The position numbers were made by a program, and so were the translations under genes. A stretch of 64,000 nt of DNA from Schmidtea nova. Taxonomy: Eukaryota. Shown here in pieces: positions 10,166-22,371 of the stretch. Each line of letters begins with the position of its first letter. Positions within the stretch are counted from its first letter, which is position 1. The stretch spans positions 495,876,001 through 495,940,000 of the forward strand of contig CM097882.1 of the NCBI GenBank assembly GCA_044892505.1, in the 5' to 3' direction. The notes under the pieces were generated by a model. The model was not told the DNA's origin. It ran no database searches and was given only the letters and a program-made list of their open reading frames with translations.

Positions 10166-11730
10166 CTAAAAAGAAGGAAACGAAGATCAATCTGTATTGT
10201 GGTTCATTTACGGTCTTATGTCCCCCCTCTACCCTCAAATGTTATGTCATTAGTATTCACGAAACTTTACTCCACTTTACTCTTTATCACACAGTCACCC
10301 ATTCATAATCAACATCACTCCTGGCATCATTCTCTCTAGATTAAACACAAGAGTTCTTAGTACAGCTATTTATTAATTTTAACACAACACATGGCGCCTT
10401 CACATCTAAATTTTCAGAAGAACTCCAATAGGTCTTGGTTAAATTGTCGGTCTGCTCGTCCTTTCCAATCCGGTTGATAGATCTCCGGGCACGGGTCCCA
10501 ACATAGCCGATCCTGATACGCAAAGACTTCCCATAGTCTTTCGTCGTCTGGCCCCAACTGAGTTTTCATGTTTACATTCCCTGGGGCATGAAGGTAGGGT
10601 TGCCTTTCTCCTGTGTGGGTACATCGGGGTTGATTCATTAGGATGTATCCGAGCTTGTAGAAGTCGGAACCTGTCATAGAATTTCCACTCAATATTCACT
10701 TGGGTTGGCTTTGGAGGTTCTCGAGCTGTATAAACCATTGGCTTCGGGCTCGACTCGGCATCTGTGACAATAGTGCCCATTCCGGATCGCCTTCCCATCA
10801 CACTCTTAATTGGAAGGACCCTATATTTCCTCGGGTGGCTGGGTCGACGTGGTCTCGCATCCAGGCTCTCAGGTGTCGTTCGGCCGACTGCTTTATGGCG
10901 GTGGGAATGAGTTTTGAATCTTCGAAATTCAATGTTTGGATAGCGTGACTCCGCCGTTGCATTCTTTGGTGTTTCATTTTCTAAATTATAGAGGCAATAA
11001 TTGAAGGGTCAGACCTTTCTCGCATCATTCCATCACATGTCAACAGTGGCACGCATTTTTTCACCATACCTTATTCAAACCCCATCATACGCTTTCGCCT
11101 TAATCATACAAACTCTTTCTTAAAATTATTACCTGGTGGAGTTCACTCATATTTGTTGTAGATTTTTGTCAAAATTCTGATCAAATGACAGTATTCCGTC
11201 GTATTTGATTATAACCACCCTACGCATTCATAATACTATCGGCTTGACTAGTGATTGGTGTACTACTACCACTCAGATCTAGAACGTAGATGTTACTTAT
11301 TTTTGTAGGCCTGATCGTAACTCTATATCGCATTGATCATCAGTCACTCATATTTTCATATCAATCATACACTAAACATTCAACAAACCTTGGTCAACTT
11401 GTACATCACTATAAATCGGGAAGGTCTTGTAGTTGATTGGATTCATACTCGATAACTTTTATTGTGGGGCTAACTCTGGGTGGATGATAGTGGGAACTCA
11501 TATCTCTAAATGCCGTACAGCTCGAATTCAGCCTTTAGCATTCTAGCTTCCCTCGTATTCTCGCATTTATTATGTTCTCTATTGTCATTTACGATGATCG
11601 AGTCTAGCCTTAACTCTGGCCACCTATCACTCTCGAGTCATCTGATTCTATTCCTCCTCTCATTCATTTTACTCGAACACGCTATGTGCACCCTTCCCCT
11701 TCCGAATTAGTTAGAACACCTATAGTCTCG

Positions 11731-11806
11731 CGGCATCAGCACCTCACATGAAAATGTGTTGTGCTGAGATGCCGAGTATCCCGTCAGATCGTTAGACCTT
11801 CGGGAC
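11731..11806 (-). promoter_or_regulatory. Structured leader (two adjacent hairpins) next to an LTR end
   Basis: CGGCATC-AGCAC-CT-CACAT-GAAA-ATGTG-TT-GTGCT-GA-GATGCCG (11731-11774), and a TCCCG...CGGGA stem enclosing AGGTC-TAAC-GATCT on the minus strand (11778-11806). Confidence 0.5.
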
Positions 11807-11826
11807 AAAACTTATGTATTTTAATA

Positions 11827-12587
11827 TGAGGGGTTAATAATAATAACAATAACAACTAACTCACGTACCTTTTATTTCACTCAGATTCTTCAATTACAAT
11901 CGTATTCTGATTCACAACTAGTAAGAAGGATAGTTTACTAGTGAAGTGACACTTGGTAAAAATAAATGACCACCATATTGATTTCACTGCTGTATTTATA
12001 CTATTTTGGCCTTGCCTTCTGGCCAATCAGAATTTAGCACGGTTGTTTATTTTCTAGCCATTTATTTTTATTGTTGTGCTTTTCTCTATTAGACCGGTGA
12101 GTTTGATATTTATTCTTTTATTTATGCTCCAGTGATTTTTATTTTATATTTAGTTTCTACATCTTGTCTGAGCGTTCCACCTCCGCATTTGTTCCGTTCA
12201 TAATTTCATTCTCGCTTCAGTAATTTTATTGTAATTTTTGCTATTCATTATTCTTTCTATCTCAGGCCTCGGTGGTTTTCAATTGCTCACTGGTAATTAT
12301 TGTTTTTTGTGCTTATTTTATTTGATGACATTTTGATAAATCTTATTTTCGCTTGGTTGGTTTAATACTCATTACACAGTTCTCTCATCTCGGTCTAGCG
12401 GTAAGTTCTGTGTTATTATTATTATTATTTGTATTGTTATGCTGTTTCTTTCAGGTTTTTCGTGCTTGATGATTGTTTGTCTTTCATTGATGGTTGGTAA
12501 TTTATTTTATTTTATTTAATTCTATTCTTATTTTTATGTTTAATTTGTATCTTTTTAAGATTGTTTTACGATTCACCGGGCCCAACA
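11827..12587 (-). repeat. LTR-like repeat (probable 5' LTR of a decayed element)
   Basis: Minus strand TGTTGGG...CCCCTCA termini; GTATAAATACAGC TATA box near 11990-12002; CCAAT box; AATAAA near 11870-11876. No TSD; followed by the structured leader. Confidence 0.55.
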
Positions 12588-13199
12588 CATTATTTAATAG
12601 AATTAAGAATAAATAGTTAGAAAATAAATAAAATTAATTATAAAATTAAATTTACGGAAAATAAATAAATAATCATTTGTCAAAATAAACAACTTAAATA
12701 TTACAAATAAATATATTAATTAAATTGTAGACCCTTTTTTAATGAACATAAATATAAATAGACGCTGAAAAATCATAACCGTAACCATCATTTTGTGGAT
12801 AGACAGTTTTAGCGTTTAATTTTTGGGAGAGGGATTCTACTAGCCAGCACTGTTCATTGTATTTTTTTGCTCAAGTGGAACAGTTTACAAGACTATTCAA
12901 GTTAGTCTTATTTCTGGTTAATGTGTAATTAAATGATTTCATATTTTGCTTAATAAACATTTGAATTATAATTTTAGTTTTCATGCTCTCTTCAGTTTGA
13001 TTTTCATAACCTAAATTAATTATTAATAATGAGAAAGAGCGTGGTGAAAACACAACCGGTTTCCCATGCATCTTTAGTCCTACCATTCGCCAGGCGAATG
13101 CGAGGTGTGAGTCGTGGTAGATAATTAAAAGGGTAAATTTGAAGTCATTCAAGAGTAGGTTTAAGCAGGTCTGAGGGATATAGATAGGGTGATTATTCC

Positions 13200-13450
13200 T
13201 ATGTTTTTGGATAAGAAAATAGAAAGCTAGCAATAATTCAGCGACAGGACTGTAAAATATATATGTGCTTTAGTCATTCTATTGACAGCGGGAACCCAAT
13301 AAAGAGAATATAGTGAGGAGTAATTTTGACAACAAATCTTACCAACTTACTAGATTCTCGCCATTGCGAAACTATGTGTACACGAGTGAGGAAGTAAACA
13401 TTTATGCTGAGGTGTGGGTTGTAGTCATTCCTAGAAGCCAACTCTAAATT
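13200..13450 (+). repeat. LTR fragment carrying a degenerate copy of the conserved module
   Basis: Shares ATATAGTGAGGAGTA, ACTAGATTCTCGCCA and GGTTGTA..ATTCC.TAG with 21960-22190. Confidence 0.6.
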
Positions 13451-14545
13451 TCCATAACAACTCATACACAACAAGATATATAACAAAGCTATTAGAATGA
13501 TAAAAACCTATACATCCTTAACATCAGGGAGGCTGAGAATCGCGATTATAAGTGAAATAAAATCAATTTGAAATGAAAATATACCATTTTGAAATGAAAA
13601 ACTACGAAAATTAATTATAAAAATTAAATTGAAATGAAAAAAACATTAACTAGAATTAAAAATCCTATATACCAAAATTAGCAATTAATATGTTAGACTT
13701 ATAAAAATAAAGAAATTGTTGTTCGCAAAACAAATATTGTTGACAGAAGATGAGTGCTAACACTCAAAATGGAGAGCAACAAGAATTTACTAAATAAAAT
13801 GATTAATCTTTCAGTGAAACCACCCATCAGTCTTTGTTTAAGAAGAGTTTCATGGTTGTTATCGACTATTAAAAACGATAAAAACATTATATTATACAAA
13901 AGTAAAACAAAAGAAGCTGTAATATTTTGATCAGGTAATCATTTTGTATTTGTAATAAAAATTAAATTTATTAACCAGTTTCGACTTATTTATTTATATA
14001 AGATCATCAAGTTGATATTCTGTGAACCTCCGAATATGAAAAAAGTCTCGATAACCAATTTTGTTTCTCTTTCTTTGATTTCTTTAGTCTGTCGATTCGG
14101 CTGAAAGGTGCTTGGTCTTCCGGATTTTTCTAAATTTTCGCGATTACAACAATTTGAATTAAAATCAAGTTTGAAATTTGGTAATAAAGGAGTACCACAT
14201 ATTGTTTATGGCAAACCTGTACTAATAAACCTGTTTCATCTAGTAAAGATAAATAATTATTTAATGAATTCTAAATTTCTATTTTGCTAAAAACAATAAC
14301 TAAAAATAATAAAAATATAAATTTCAATTCGTAACTTACAACAAGAAGATCCTTTTATATCTTTTATATTTTATTTTATCTTGAATTTTAAACATTGTTT
14401 TATCGAAATTTGGTTTGTTTATAAAAATTACTAAAATCAAAAATATTTTTAACAAAGTTTATCATCGGTAAAGTCTTATTAGTTGAATAGTTTTATTTAT
14501 CAACAATTTTATATCGCCTAATTTTTTTTGAAAATAATAATTATT

Positions 14546-15196
14546 ATGTCTATCAATGAAAAGTATGAAGATATGTGGAAGATGTTAGAAAAATATAATT
14601 TTGATATTGATCCACAGTTACAAATCAATTTAAAATGCTTAATTTGTAAACATTTATTAGTCGATGCATGTTGTGGGCTTTGTTATTGTTCTTATTGTCG
14701 GAAATGTATAATTGCTTATTTGAATAGAAATAATAAGTGTCCTGGCAATAAACCTGATTGTGAAATTGAACAACTATCTATTGAAGAAATTATTGACGAT
14801 AATGCGGCTAACTTCAGAGTATCCGAAATAATCGTCACTTGTCCAGCAGATGGTTGTCTTTATCGCGATAAACTATTATCCATTTATAATCACTTTCGAG
14901 TTTGTGATAAAAAATCAATTCCTTGTCCTTTCAATGAGATGGGATGCATGAAGGCTGATATAAAAAATGATGAAATTTCAGTCCATTTGCGCAATGAAAT
15001 CTACGATCACAGTCAATTTTTAATTGATTGGATAAGGAATATGAAAAATGAGATGACAACGTTGATAGTTATTAAGCAGCAAGAAACGGCAGAAAATGAA
15101 TTAAAAAAGTTAGAGAAGATAATTAAAGATAAAATCGAGGAAGCGTTCAATTTCGAGGATGAACATCAACTAAATGAGGTAAAGATTAACTTTTAA
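14546..15196 (+). CDS. RING finger plus TRAF-type zinc fingers plus start of coiled coil (TRAF-like E3 ligase)
   Basis: LKCLICKHLLVDACCGLCYCSYCRKCI...KCPG (RING); VTCPADGC...NHFRVCDKKSIPCPFNEMGC...HL (TRAF zinc fingers). Uninterrupted 217 codons from ATG 14546. Possible splice donor GAG|GTAAAG at 15179; no MATH domain seen. Confidence 0.85.
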   Translation: MSINEKYEDMWKMLEKYNFDIDPQLQINLKCLICKHLLVDACCGLCYCSYCRKCIIAYLNRNNKCPGNKPDCEIEQLSIEEIIDDNAANFRVSEIIVTCPADGCLYRDKLLSIYNHFRVCDKKSIPCPFNEMGCMKADIKNDEISVHLRNEIYDHSQFLIDWIRNMKNEMTTLIVIKQQETAENELKKLEKIIKDKIEEAFNFEDEHQLNEVKINF

Positions 15197-15479
15197 ATCT
15201 TAATTATTACAATAATAAGTTCAAAAGTTATACAGGAGATTAATTTTTGAAAAATTATAACTTACTTTGTAGTTAAAAAAATAATATAATTTGAAAGTAA
15301 TCAAAATCATTTTAAAGGGAAAATTAAAATGTTAAAATATGAATATATGATAAATCATTTTATATGAGCATTCACTAATAAAGATGTTACAGCATCAATC
15401 AAATCATGTAAAATAATATATTATAACATCAATAAACCAAATTATTTATTCAAAAATAGTCATTTTATCATGTTTTGAA

Positions 15480-16030
15480 CATCTTCATAGCTTAGTTGGT
15501 TTAAATTCTTTTTTCCAACATTTCTCGATAAATCAAAGGACCTTTTCGTTCATGCTTGGCAATTAAACTTTCCTAAAAAACTAGTTTTGTCTAAATGTCT
15601 TGCGCGGAGGTCATTAAAAATACTTACACAACTAATTTTATCTCGAGAGCTCCTAATCCAATTAGCCATTTCTTCTGAAGTCTTTACAAAATTTCAACTT
15701 GTTTTTAAATTACCTTGTTTTCAATATAATTATTCATTTCTATTCGAAAAGTCTTTTGAAAAGTTTATTGATAGCAATGTTCAGAAATCATGATTTGGTC
15801 CACTCTCCTCTCATATCTTTCACATGATGAGTGCTAGCTAAATCACAAATAAATAACCCTCTTTCAACACCTATTAATTATTAGACTAATGGCAGGATCA
15901 TATCAATCCATTTTCTTATAATTGATTGAGTTAAACAAGCTTTCTCTGTTTCAAGAATATAAATTCCAGAAACTTGATTAATGATATTTTATTTGTCTCT
16001 AGTGACAATTGCTGGTGTTGAGATCAGGGA
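15480..16030 (-). pseudogene. pogo/Tigger-type (DDE_1) transposase remnant
   Basis: GIYILETEKACLTQSIIRKWIDMILPLV...ERGLFICDLASTHHVKDM...NFVKTSEEMANWIRSSRDKI, with stops and frameshifts. Confidence 0.7.
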
Positions 16031-16548
16031 ATGTGAGTGATTAATCGAAATAAATAATTATATATAATATAAATATACGTATTTGCTGCATGCGTTCGAA
16101 TTATTCAAAACAAAATTCTCATATAACAAGCTTTTATATAAAAAAGAAAATTTGCAATGTGCGTTTTACGGTAGCCTGATTTTACGGTAGTCGTGCGCGC
16201 AGTATCAGTTTGAATTTTTTATTTTTATATGTAGGGTAGGGTTGGGTTGGATTAGTGGCTCGTCTATACTTTGTTCAAAAGATTTCATATATCTTTCTGT
16301 CAGCGCACGATCATCATCTCTAGTAGGTTGGGCGATATTTCCCTCACTGTCAGTAATAGAATTTTTTCTTTATCGTAGTTACTGATGTAATCAAAAATTT
16401 ATTAGTCATCGGTTTAACAAATTTTTGGGGTGTCTCGCCTATTCAACCACATTGAAGAGTATATCAAAAATTTTAACTGCATCACCATCACGGTTAACAA
16501 GTTAACATTTAAACTCTCAGGTTGTTCGAACCATTTGTTTCACGTCCC

Positions 16549-16610
16549 AGCGCGAAACCGACGAGTCGAACTACCTCAGATCGGTAACCTATTAGGCCGT
16601 CTCCGATCTG
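16549..16610 (-). promoter_or_regulatory. Leader hairpin after LTR end
   Basis: 8-bp stem CAGATCGG/CCGATCTG (16577-16584 and 16603-16610); 35/46 ungapped identity to the leader at 61795-61840. Confidence 0.6.
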
Positions 16611-16629
16611 GTACGACGAAATAATTATT

Positions 16630-17579
16630 TTAGAACTGTTGGATTTGGAAAATATGAAGGGTTAACTAGAAATACTGAAAATCAAATAACTAATACAACA
16701 AATAAATTACTTGTAAAGTTTATTGGAATGAACAAATACAAAGCCGTAATCGAGTATAGTATCTTCCGAAAATTTACGCAATTAATTGTATAAAATAACA
16801 AAAAATTGTTTTGTCGTGGGTGTAGTTAAGTTAAGTTCAGTTTTGTAAGGTTAATCAAGTTAAGTTACCTTAAAAGTCTGAATTTGGCTGGTCTTTATAC
16901 TACATTGGTTGGTAGAATTAGCCAATCAGATTTCAACAGTTATTTTATTCGATAATTAAATTTTATTGGTTTATCCAATCCAAATCTGAATTTACCTGAT
17001 AATTAATTTGTTTTTATTTTTATTATTTTTATTATTTTACATGACAATAAAGCTACAGCATTGTGATTTATGGAACATATCTTAATTAAAAGTATGGTTA
17101 TGTGTCCAAAATGTGTCAATTTTGCAAAACCATCAAGCTATAAATTAATTCGTATCTTTATTCTTTACTATTACTCTTTACTATACTTATCCTTTTGCAA
17201 TTACATTACCCACTATAACGGTATGAAAGGGAAAGATAAACATCGTCTATATACCCGCAATCTCTCTCCGGGTGTGCGTTGGTAATGTATATAACGGTAT
17301 GAGTTCTTGGAGCAGGTGAGCTCTGTTACCAGAACTATTCCGCCTTTCTGGTTCTGTAGATCGATAGAAAGTCTAAACTATCTCATGTTTTATTCAGTTA
17401 TCTACTTTATTAGTAACGTTGTCTCTCGTGTACTTTCTAAATAACTTTTTCTTCCAACCACATCAATTATAATTCGCAAGAAACTCAACCAACTGCTTTT
17501 TAAACCGCTTCAAATCACTTAAAACAACTTCTACTAATATTACAAGATAAAACAAAAACACGTACACCCCAACTCCACA
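16630..17579 (-). repeat. LTR-like repeat (~950 bp) with conserved module
   Basis: Minus strand starts TGTGGAGTTGGGG at 17579; module at 17313-17375; GTATAAAG TATA near 16895; CCAAT box; followed by the leader hairpin. The lower boundary is approximate. Confidence 0.55.
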
Positions 17580-18079
17580 TAATTAAGCTATATACAAGAA
17601 CATTTCATCACAGCGGAATAATGTTAACACTAAGTCATCGTCAGTTGAATATACTAAACTGCTGCTTGAATGCCTTTTCTCGTTGTTACTTCTTCCCCTG
17701 ACTTGGTTTAGATCGTTTCTTGTTCTTGACCGCCTTAATAAATATAATAGTATTATTATTATCGTTATTATTATCGTTATCTGCATTATTATGATTATTA
17801 TTAATGTATTATTATTAGGGCTTGCAAATTTACCGACTTTTTCAATTACCGGTAATTCGGTAATTTATGTGGAAAAAACCGGTAAACCGGTAATTTACCG
17901 GTAATTTTGAGAGTATTTTAGTTAGTTGATATTTTATTCAAACTAATTACTTATAATATGTTTTATAAAATTCAAGTCAGTTATTTTATTAATTCATTCT
18001 TTTATTTTATTAATTCATAATCATAACATTATAATATATAAAAAAAAGTATAAACGCAAATTAGAAAAAAATTAAAACT

Positions 18080-20032
18080 TCATTTCAACTCTTGTTTTTG
18101 ATTAAAATACTGCCTTAAAAAACACATTGTGTTTAACGTGTTATCATTTAAGCTCGACCTCAACTTGGTGCAGATCAGACTGGGTGCTGAAAACGCGCGC
18201 TCCGATTCGACACTTGTCGCTCGAACAGTCAACAACATTTGAAATGCTTTCTCTAAATATTTACCTCGGATGTTCTGTTCTTGGAAAAAGTCCATTTCCT
18301 TTTTAATAATGTTTGCTAATCCTTTACCTTTAGGTGATTTTGGGCGAGTACTTTCCAAATTCGATTTATTCATCTTCTGCTGAATTGTAAGTTGCAGCTT
18401 TTCTTTCATTGTTAACGCTGGCGATGCTGATGTTGACGGAGTTGCACGCTCATCTGAAGTACATGTTTCTGAATCTGAAATTTCAGTTTCAGACTCTTCA
18501 TTTAACGTAAGCCGTTCAATTAATTCAACGATTTTTTTTATTATCAATGGTTTTGTTGTTTTATTGAATATTTCATAATTATCATCGTCATTTCTTATTC
18601 TTACATTAATTACATTTGGATCATGGAGATAGTGCAAAATATCTGCATAAATGTTTCTCCTTTCTTTAATACGTATAATTAGAGATTCTTTAAGTTCTTT
18701 ACTTAGAAGTGTGTTTTGCACACTAAGCTCATCTAACATAAATTTCATTGTTATATCTGAAACATAAATTAACGTCTTCTCGACATAGTGCTTCCACAGC
18801 AAGTTTTACTGGTTGCAATGATGCAATTATATTTTTAAGTAAAACAACTTCATTTTCGCTGAAACTTAACTCAGATTTAATGTCGATTAAACTTTTTCTT
18901 ATTGCACTTTCAACTTCGCAGAATCTCTCTAGCATTGCACAAAGACTATTCCATCTGGTTTTTGAGTCTATGATCAAGGATAGCTCTTTGTTAAATTCTT
19001 CCTTAATATGCTTCTGTAAATTGTCGTTCTTTGTAGGGGATCTGCGAAACAATACAACTTTTCTAATTTTTGTTATTAGAGGACTTATTTCTTCATGTTG
19101 AACATCAATACAAGTGGGTACCGTATTTATTACTTCAAAGCCCACTTCATCTTCTTCGGAAATGCCTTCTTCACTTTCTAAATCGGTTTCTGTTTCATCC
19201 ACAATACTTACTTCCTCTATATGAATATCGCTCATGTCTTTTTTACGATATAAAACATTAATGACGGCTAGCTGAATGCCGTGTGCTAAACACAATTGAT
19301 GATTAGCATTAATCAACGAACCTACTTTCTTCATCACCGAAGCACCATCAGTTGTTATTGAAAAAATGTTGTCTAAAGTTAGTTTGAACTCATTTAACTT
19401 ATTTTGCAACAGCGTTATACATTTATCAGCTGGCATCGAACCATGTACTCTCACAAGACCCAAGTTCCAAAAGCGGTCATTTCCATGAACGTTTATGTTC
19501 ATATATCGTCGATTCTTAACAGACGTCCACTCGTCAAACGTCAAACTGAATACACTATTATTAGCTTTTCGGTTGGATAAATCTTCAACCACTTGTTTGC
19601 GAATTTTATCCCCATAGTCCATTACAATTTTTTTGATCGTATGGGAAGATCTTGGTACTTCTTTATTATATTTAGCTTTAATTAGTACTCGGATATCGTA
19701 GGATGTGGCAACTCTATAAAACGGTATATTATATTTTGCTGTCAAACGCGCGAGAACAGCTGGAAGTGAATCATCAACCTTTTTTATAAAGAAATTTGAT
19801 ATATTATTGTTTGTAGTGCTAGCAATGACTTTGTTTGTAATTTGACTAGATGATGCCATATCACTCTCGTCATCTTTTCTCTTCAATAGATTAATTTTTG
19901 CTGAGATTTAAGATGGGCATGCAAACCGCTAGTGCTACCACCAACACATTTAATCGGTTTCGCACAACTATTGCAGACGGCTTCATTCTTATTTGTTTCT
20001 TTGAAATAGGTCCATATTAAATTTGTACGCAT
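18080..20032 (-). pseudogene. hAT transposase (BED finger, DDE, C-terminal dimerisation domain) with two frameshifts
   Basis: MRTNLIWTYFKET..AVCNSC..IKCVGGSTSGLHAHL (BED); LTFDEWTS, ITTDGAS, CLAHGIQLA, TRWNS, ATSVESERAFS. Frameshifts near 19900 and 18770. Confidence 0.93.
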
Positions 20033-20291
20033 GATGGCTAAAATATTTTTTGGTTTTAAATAACGAATAAATTAGTATTTTTTGTATTACCTTACCTTTA
20101 TTAAATTTTATGAGACGTTCTATTATATTAAAAAAAAATTCGATATATTTATTATAAATTATATACTGCAACAATTTATGTATTTCAATTTTAACAGTTA
20201 AAATTGTTCAATATTTCGAAATTCCACGAAAAACATTCGTTTCTGTCAGTATATAACTTGAATATTACAACCAAATAAAAAATTTCTACTT

Positions 20292-20357
20292 CGGTTTGAG
20301 CGAGCACTTAACACGGTTTGAGCGAGCACTTAACACGGTTTGAGCGAGCACTTAACA
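20292..20357. repeat. Three perfect tandem 22-bp repeats inside the hAT 5' region
   Basis: CGGTTTGAGCGAGCACTTAACA x3, with no spacers. Confidence 0.95.
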
Positions 20358-20504
20358 TATATATGTATAGAATAATAGAATATTAAGCATGAATATTTCA
20401 CGCATTTGCATACACAACAAGAAACAAAAATTTGTTTTATATTTACGTAGGTGCGAGTGTGACTTGTGACCACTGAACAGAAGTGTGAAACTTTTTAAAA
20501 TTTT

Positions 20505-20653
20505 ACAATATTTTTCGTTTTGTTCCGTACATACTACTTTATAAATAAAGTCGAATTTCTTTATTATAGTATAATTATTAATTTTAAATATTAAATTCAA
20601 CTATTTACTTATAAAATAGTATGCACGGAACGGAACAAAACGATAAATATTGT
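20505..20653. repeat. Inverted repeat / small foldback insert inside the hAT
   Basis: ACAATATTTTTCGTTTTGTTCCGT..ATACTA versus TAGTAT..ACGGAAC(GGAAC)AAAACGATAAATATTGT. Confidence 0.65.
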
Positions 20654-21959
20654 ATAATATAAAGTTTAAATTTTTACCGAAAAAACCGGTAAAAAATAAT
20701 GAATTTACCGGTTTTTCGGTAATGAATTTTTTAGCAATTTACCGGTTAACCGGTAAATCGGTTAATCGTTATTGCAAGCCCTAATTATTATTACTATCAT
20801 TATTACAATTATTATATCATAATTATCTTTTTGTTTCACTTTTGATCTTTTTTTAATATTATTAATAATTCCTATAAAGTTAGTAGGACTATAGATCAAA
20901 TTTTTTTAATATGTACGCAATATTTTGGCACAGCCTTTCTCAAGTGTGTATTATTATAACTATTATAATGAATATTATTAGTAATAGAATTATTATTAGT
21001 ATCGGTATTATTATTGTTTTTGTTTAAAATCATCAAAAGAAAATAAATAAAACGTTGTTTATACGACTAAATAAATAAAAACAAACAATTAGCAAAAATA
21101 ATAACAATAATGTATTATTACTTGTTGTGTCATTAGATCGCAATGTGATTTTGAGGTTGAGTTTTGCCGATAGGATTGATGGGGGTTGTTGTATTCTGAG
21201 TGAGACTCTGTTGCTTGAGAGGAGTGGAGCTGCTTTGTTCAGTGATTTGTTTGATCAGTGAGTTAGTTGTATTTAACTGTCATATGCATTGTTATATAAA
21301 TATAGAGGCAATTTTAAAATTTACTTTTGACAACTAACATCAAAAGAGGCACTAATAATTTGAATAAAAAATTTTAGCTATGCATATAGTTCGTTTTAAA
21401 AATCCAATAAAAACTGAAATCATAAATTANNNNNNNNNNNNNNNNNNNNNNNNNNNNNNNNNNNNNNNNNNNNNNNNNNNNNNNNNNNNNNNNNNNNNNN
21501 NNNNNNNNNNNNNNNNNNNNNNNNNNNNNNNNNNNNNNNNNNNNNNNNNNNNNNNNNNNNNNNNNNNNNNNNNNNNNNNNNNNNNNNNNNNNNNNNNNNN
21601 NNNNNNNNNNNNNNNNNNNCATTGTTATTATTGTTGAGCTGAGAGATCCACCTGAAACTATAAAACAATCATAAAAATATATAAAATAAATCATAGAATA
21701 TACACGAAAATAACCTTCAAGAGAAAATAACTCGACCTACTGGTCGAAGTCGTCTCATTGTAATGGAAATTGCAATATTGTTATGAAATAAATGTATCTG
21801 AATTTAATGGTATTTGTTTCAATGGTCTGTCAAAGATTTTAAATGCAAGCAGACCCGAGACAGTTAATAAAAGTTACATATACAGTTTTAAGAAATGATA
21901 GGTGAAAATAATGACAGCGTCAGTGAATAGAAGGTTAAGATTAAATCATACAGTGATGT

Positions 21960-22190
21960 CGTAGAGTGATTAGATACATAAGTCCTTCTATCGGGAGCAG
22001 GGACTCGAAAGAGGGGATATAGTGAGGAGTAGTTTAGTTAACGAAGCTCATCTGTTCACTAGATTCTCGCCACCGTGTACAATACCAGTATAGCTAATTA
22101 GGGAATAACTATAGGTACATGAGGTAGCCTAATCTTTATGATGGACTATGGTTGTATAATTCCCTAGAGGCAATAATCATTTTTTATCAC
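21960..22190 (+). repeat. LTR fragment with conserved module, truncated by gap
   Basis: CCTTCTATCGGGAG...GATATAGTGAGGAGTAGTTTAGTTAACGAAGCTCATCTG...ACTAGATTCTCGCCA; homologous to 13271-13363 and 34839-34913. Confidence 0.65.
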
Positions 22191-22371
22191 NNNNNNNNNN
22201 NNNNNNNNNNNNNNNNNNNNNNNNNNNNNNNNNNNNNNNNNNNNNNNNNNNNNNNNNNNNNNNNNNNNNNNNNNNNNNNNNNNNNNNNNNNNNNNNNNNN
22301 NNNNNNNNNNNNNNNNNNNNNNNNNNNNNNNNNNNNNNNNNNNNNNNNNNNNNNNNNNNNNTAAGTTCAAC

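Larger units (their letters stand above)
17816..20783 (-). mobile_element. hAT DNA transposon, near full length
   Basis: 12-bp TIR TAGGGCTTGCAA; 8-bp TSD ATTATTAT (17808-17815 and 20784-20791); ACCGGTAA-type subterminal repeats at both ends. Confidence 0.95.

Noticed and set aside
8651-12587. Treating 11827-12587 and 8651-9600 as the paired LTRs of one element
   Set aside because: The two repeats share no evident sequence and there is no TSD; probably a chimera or adjacent elements. The same applies to 29464-30150 versus 34561-35500.
20292-20357. CRISPR array
   Set aside because: Direct tandem repeats with no spacers, eukaryotic context, no cas genes.
21722-21760. Second hammerhead at TCGACC-TACT-GGTCGAAGTCGTC
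   Set aside because: The hairpin is present but the CUGANGA core is unrecognisable and GAAAC is incomplete; at most a very decayed relic.
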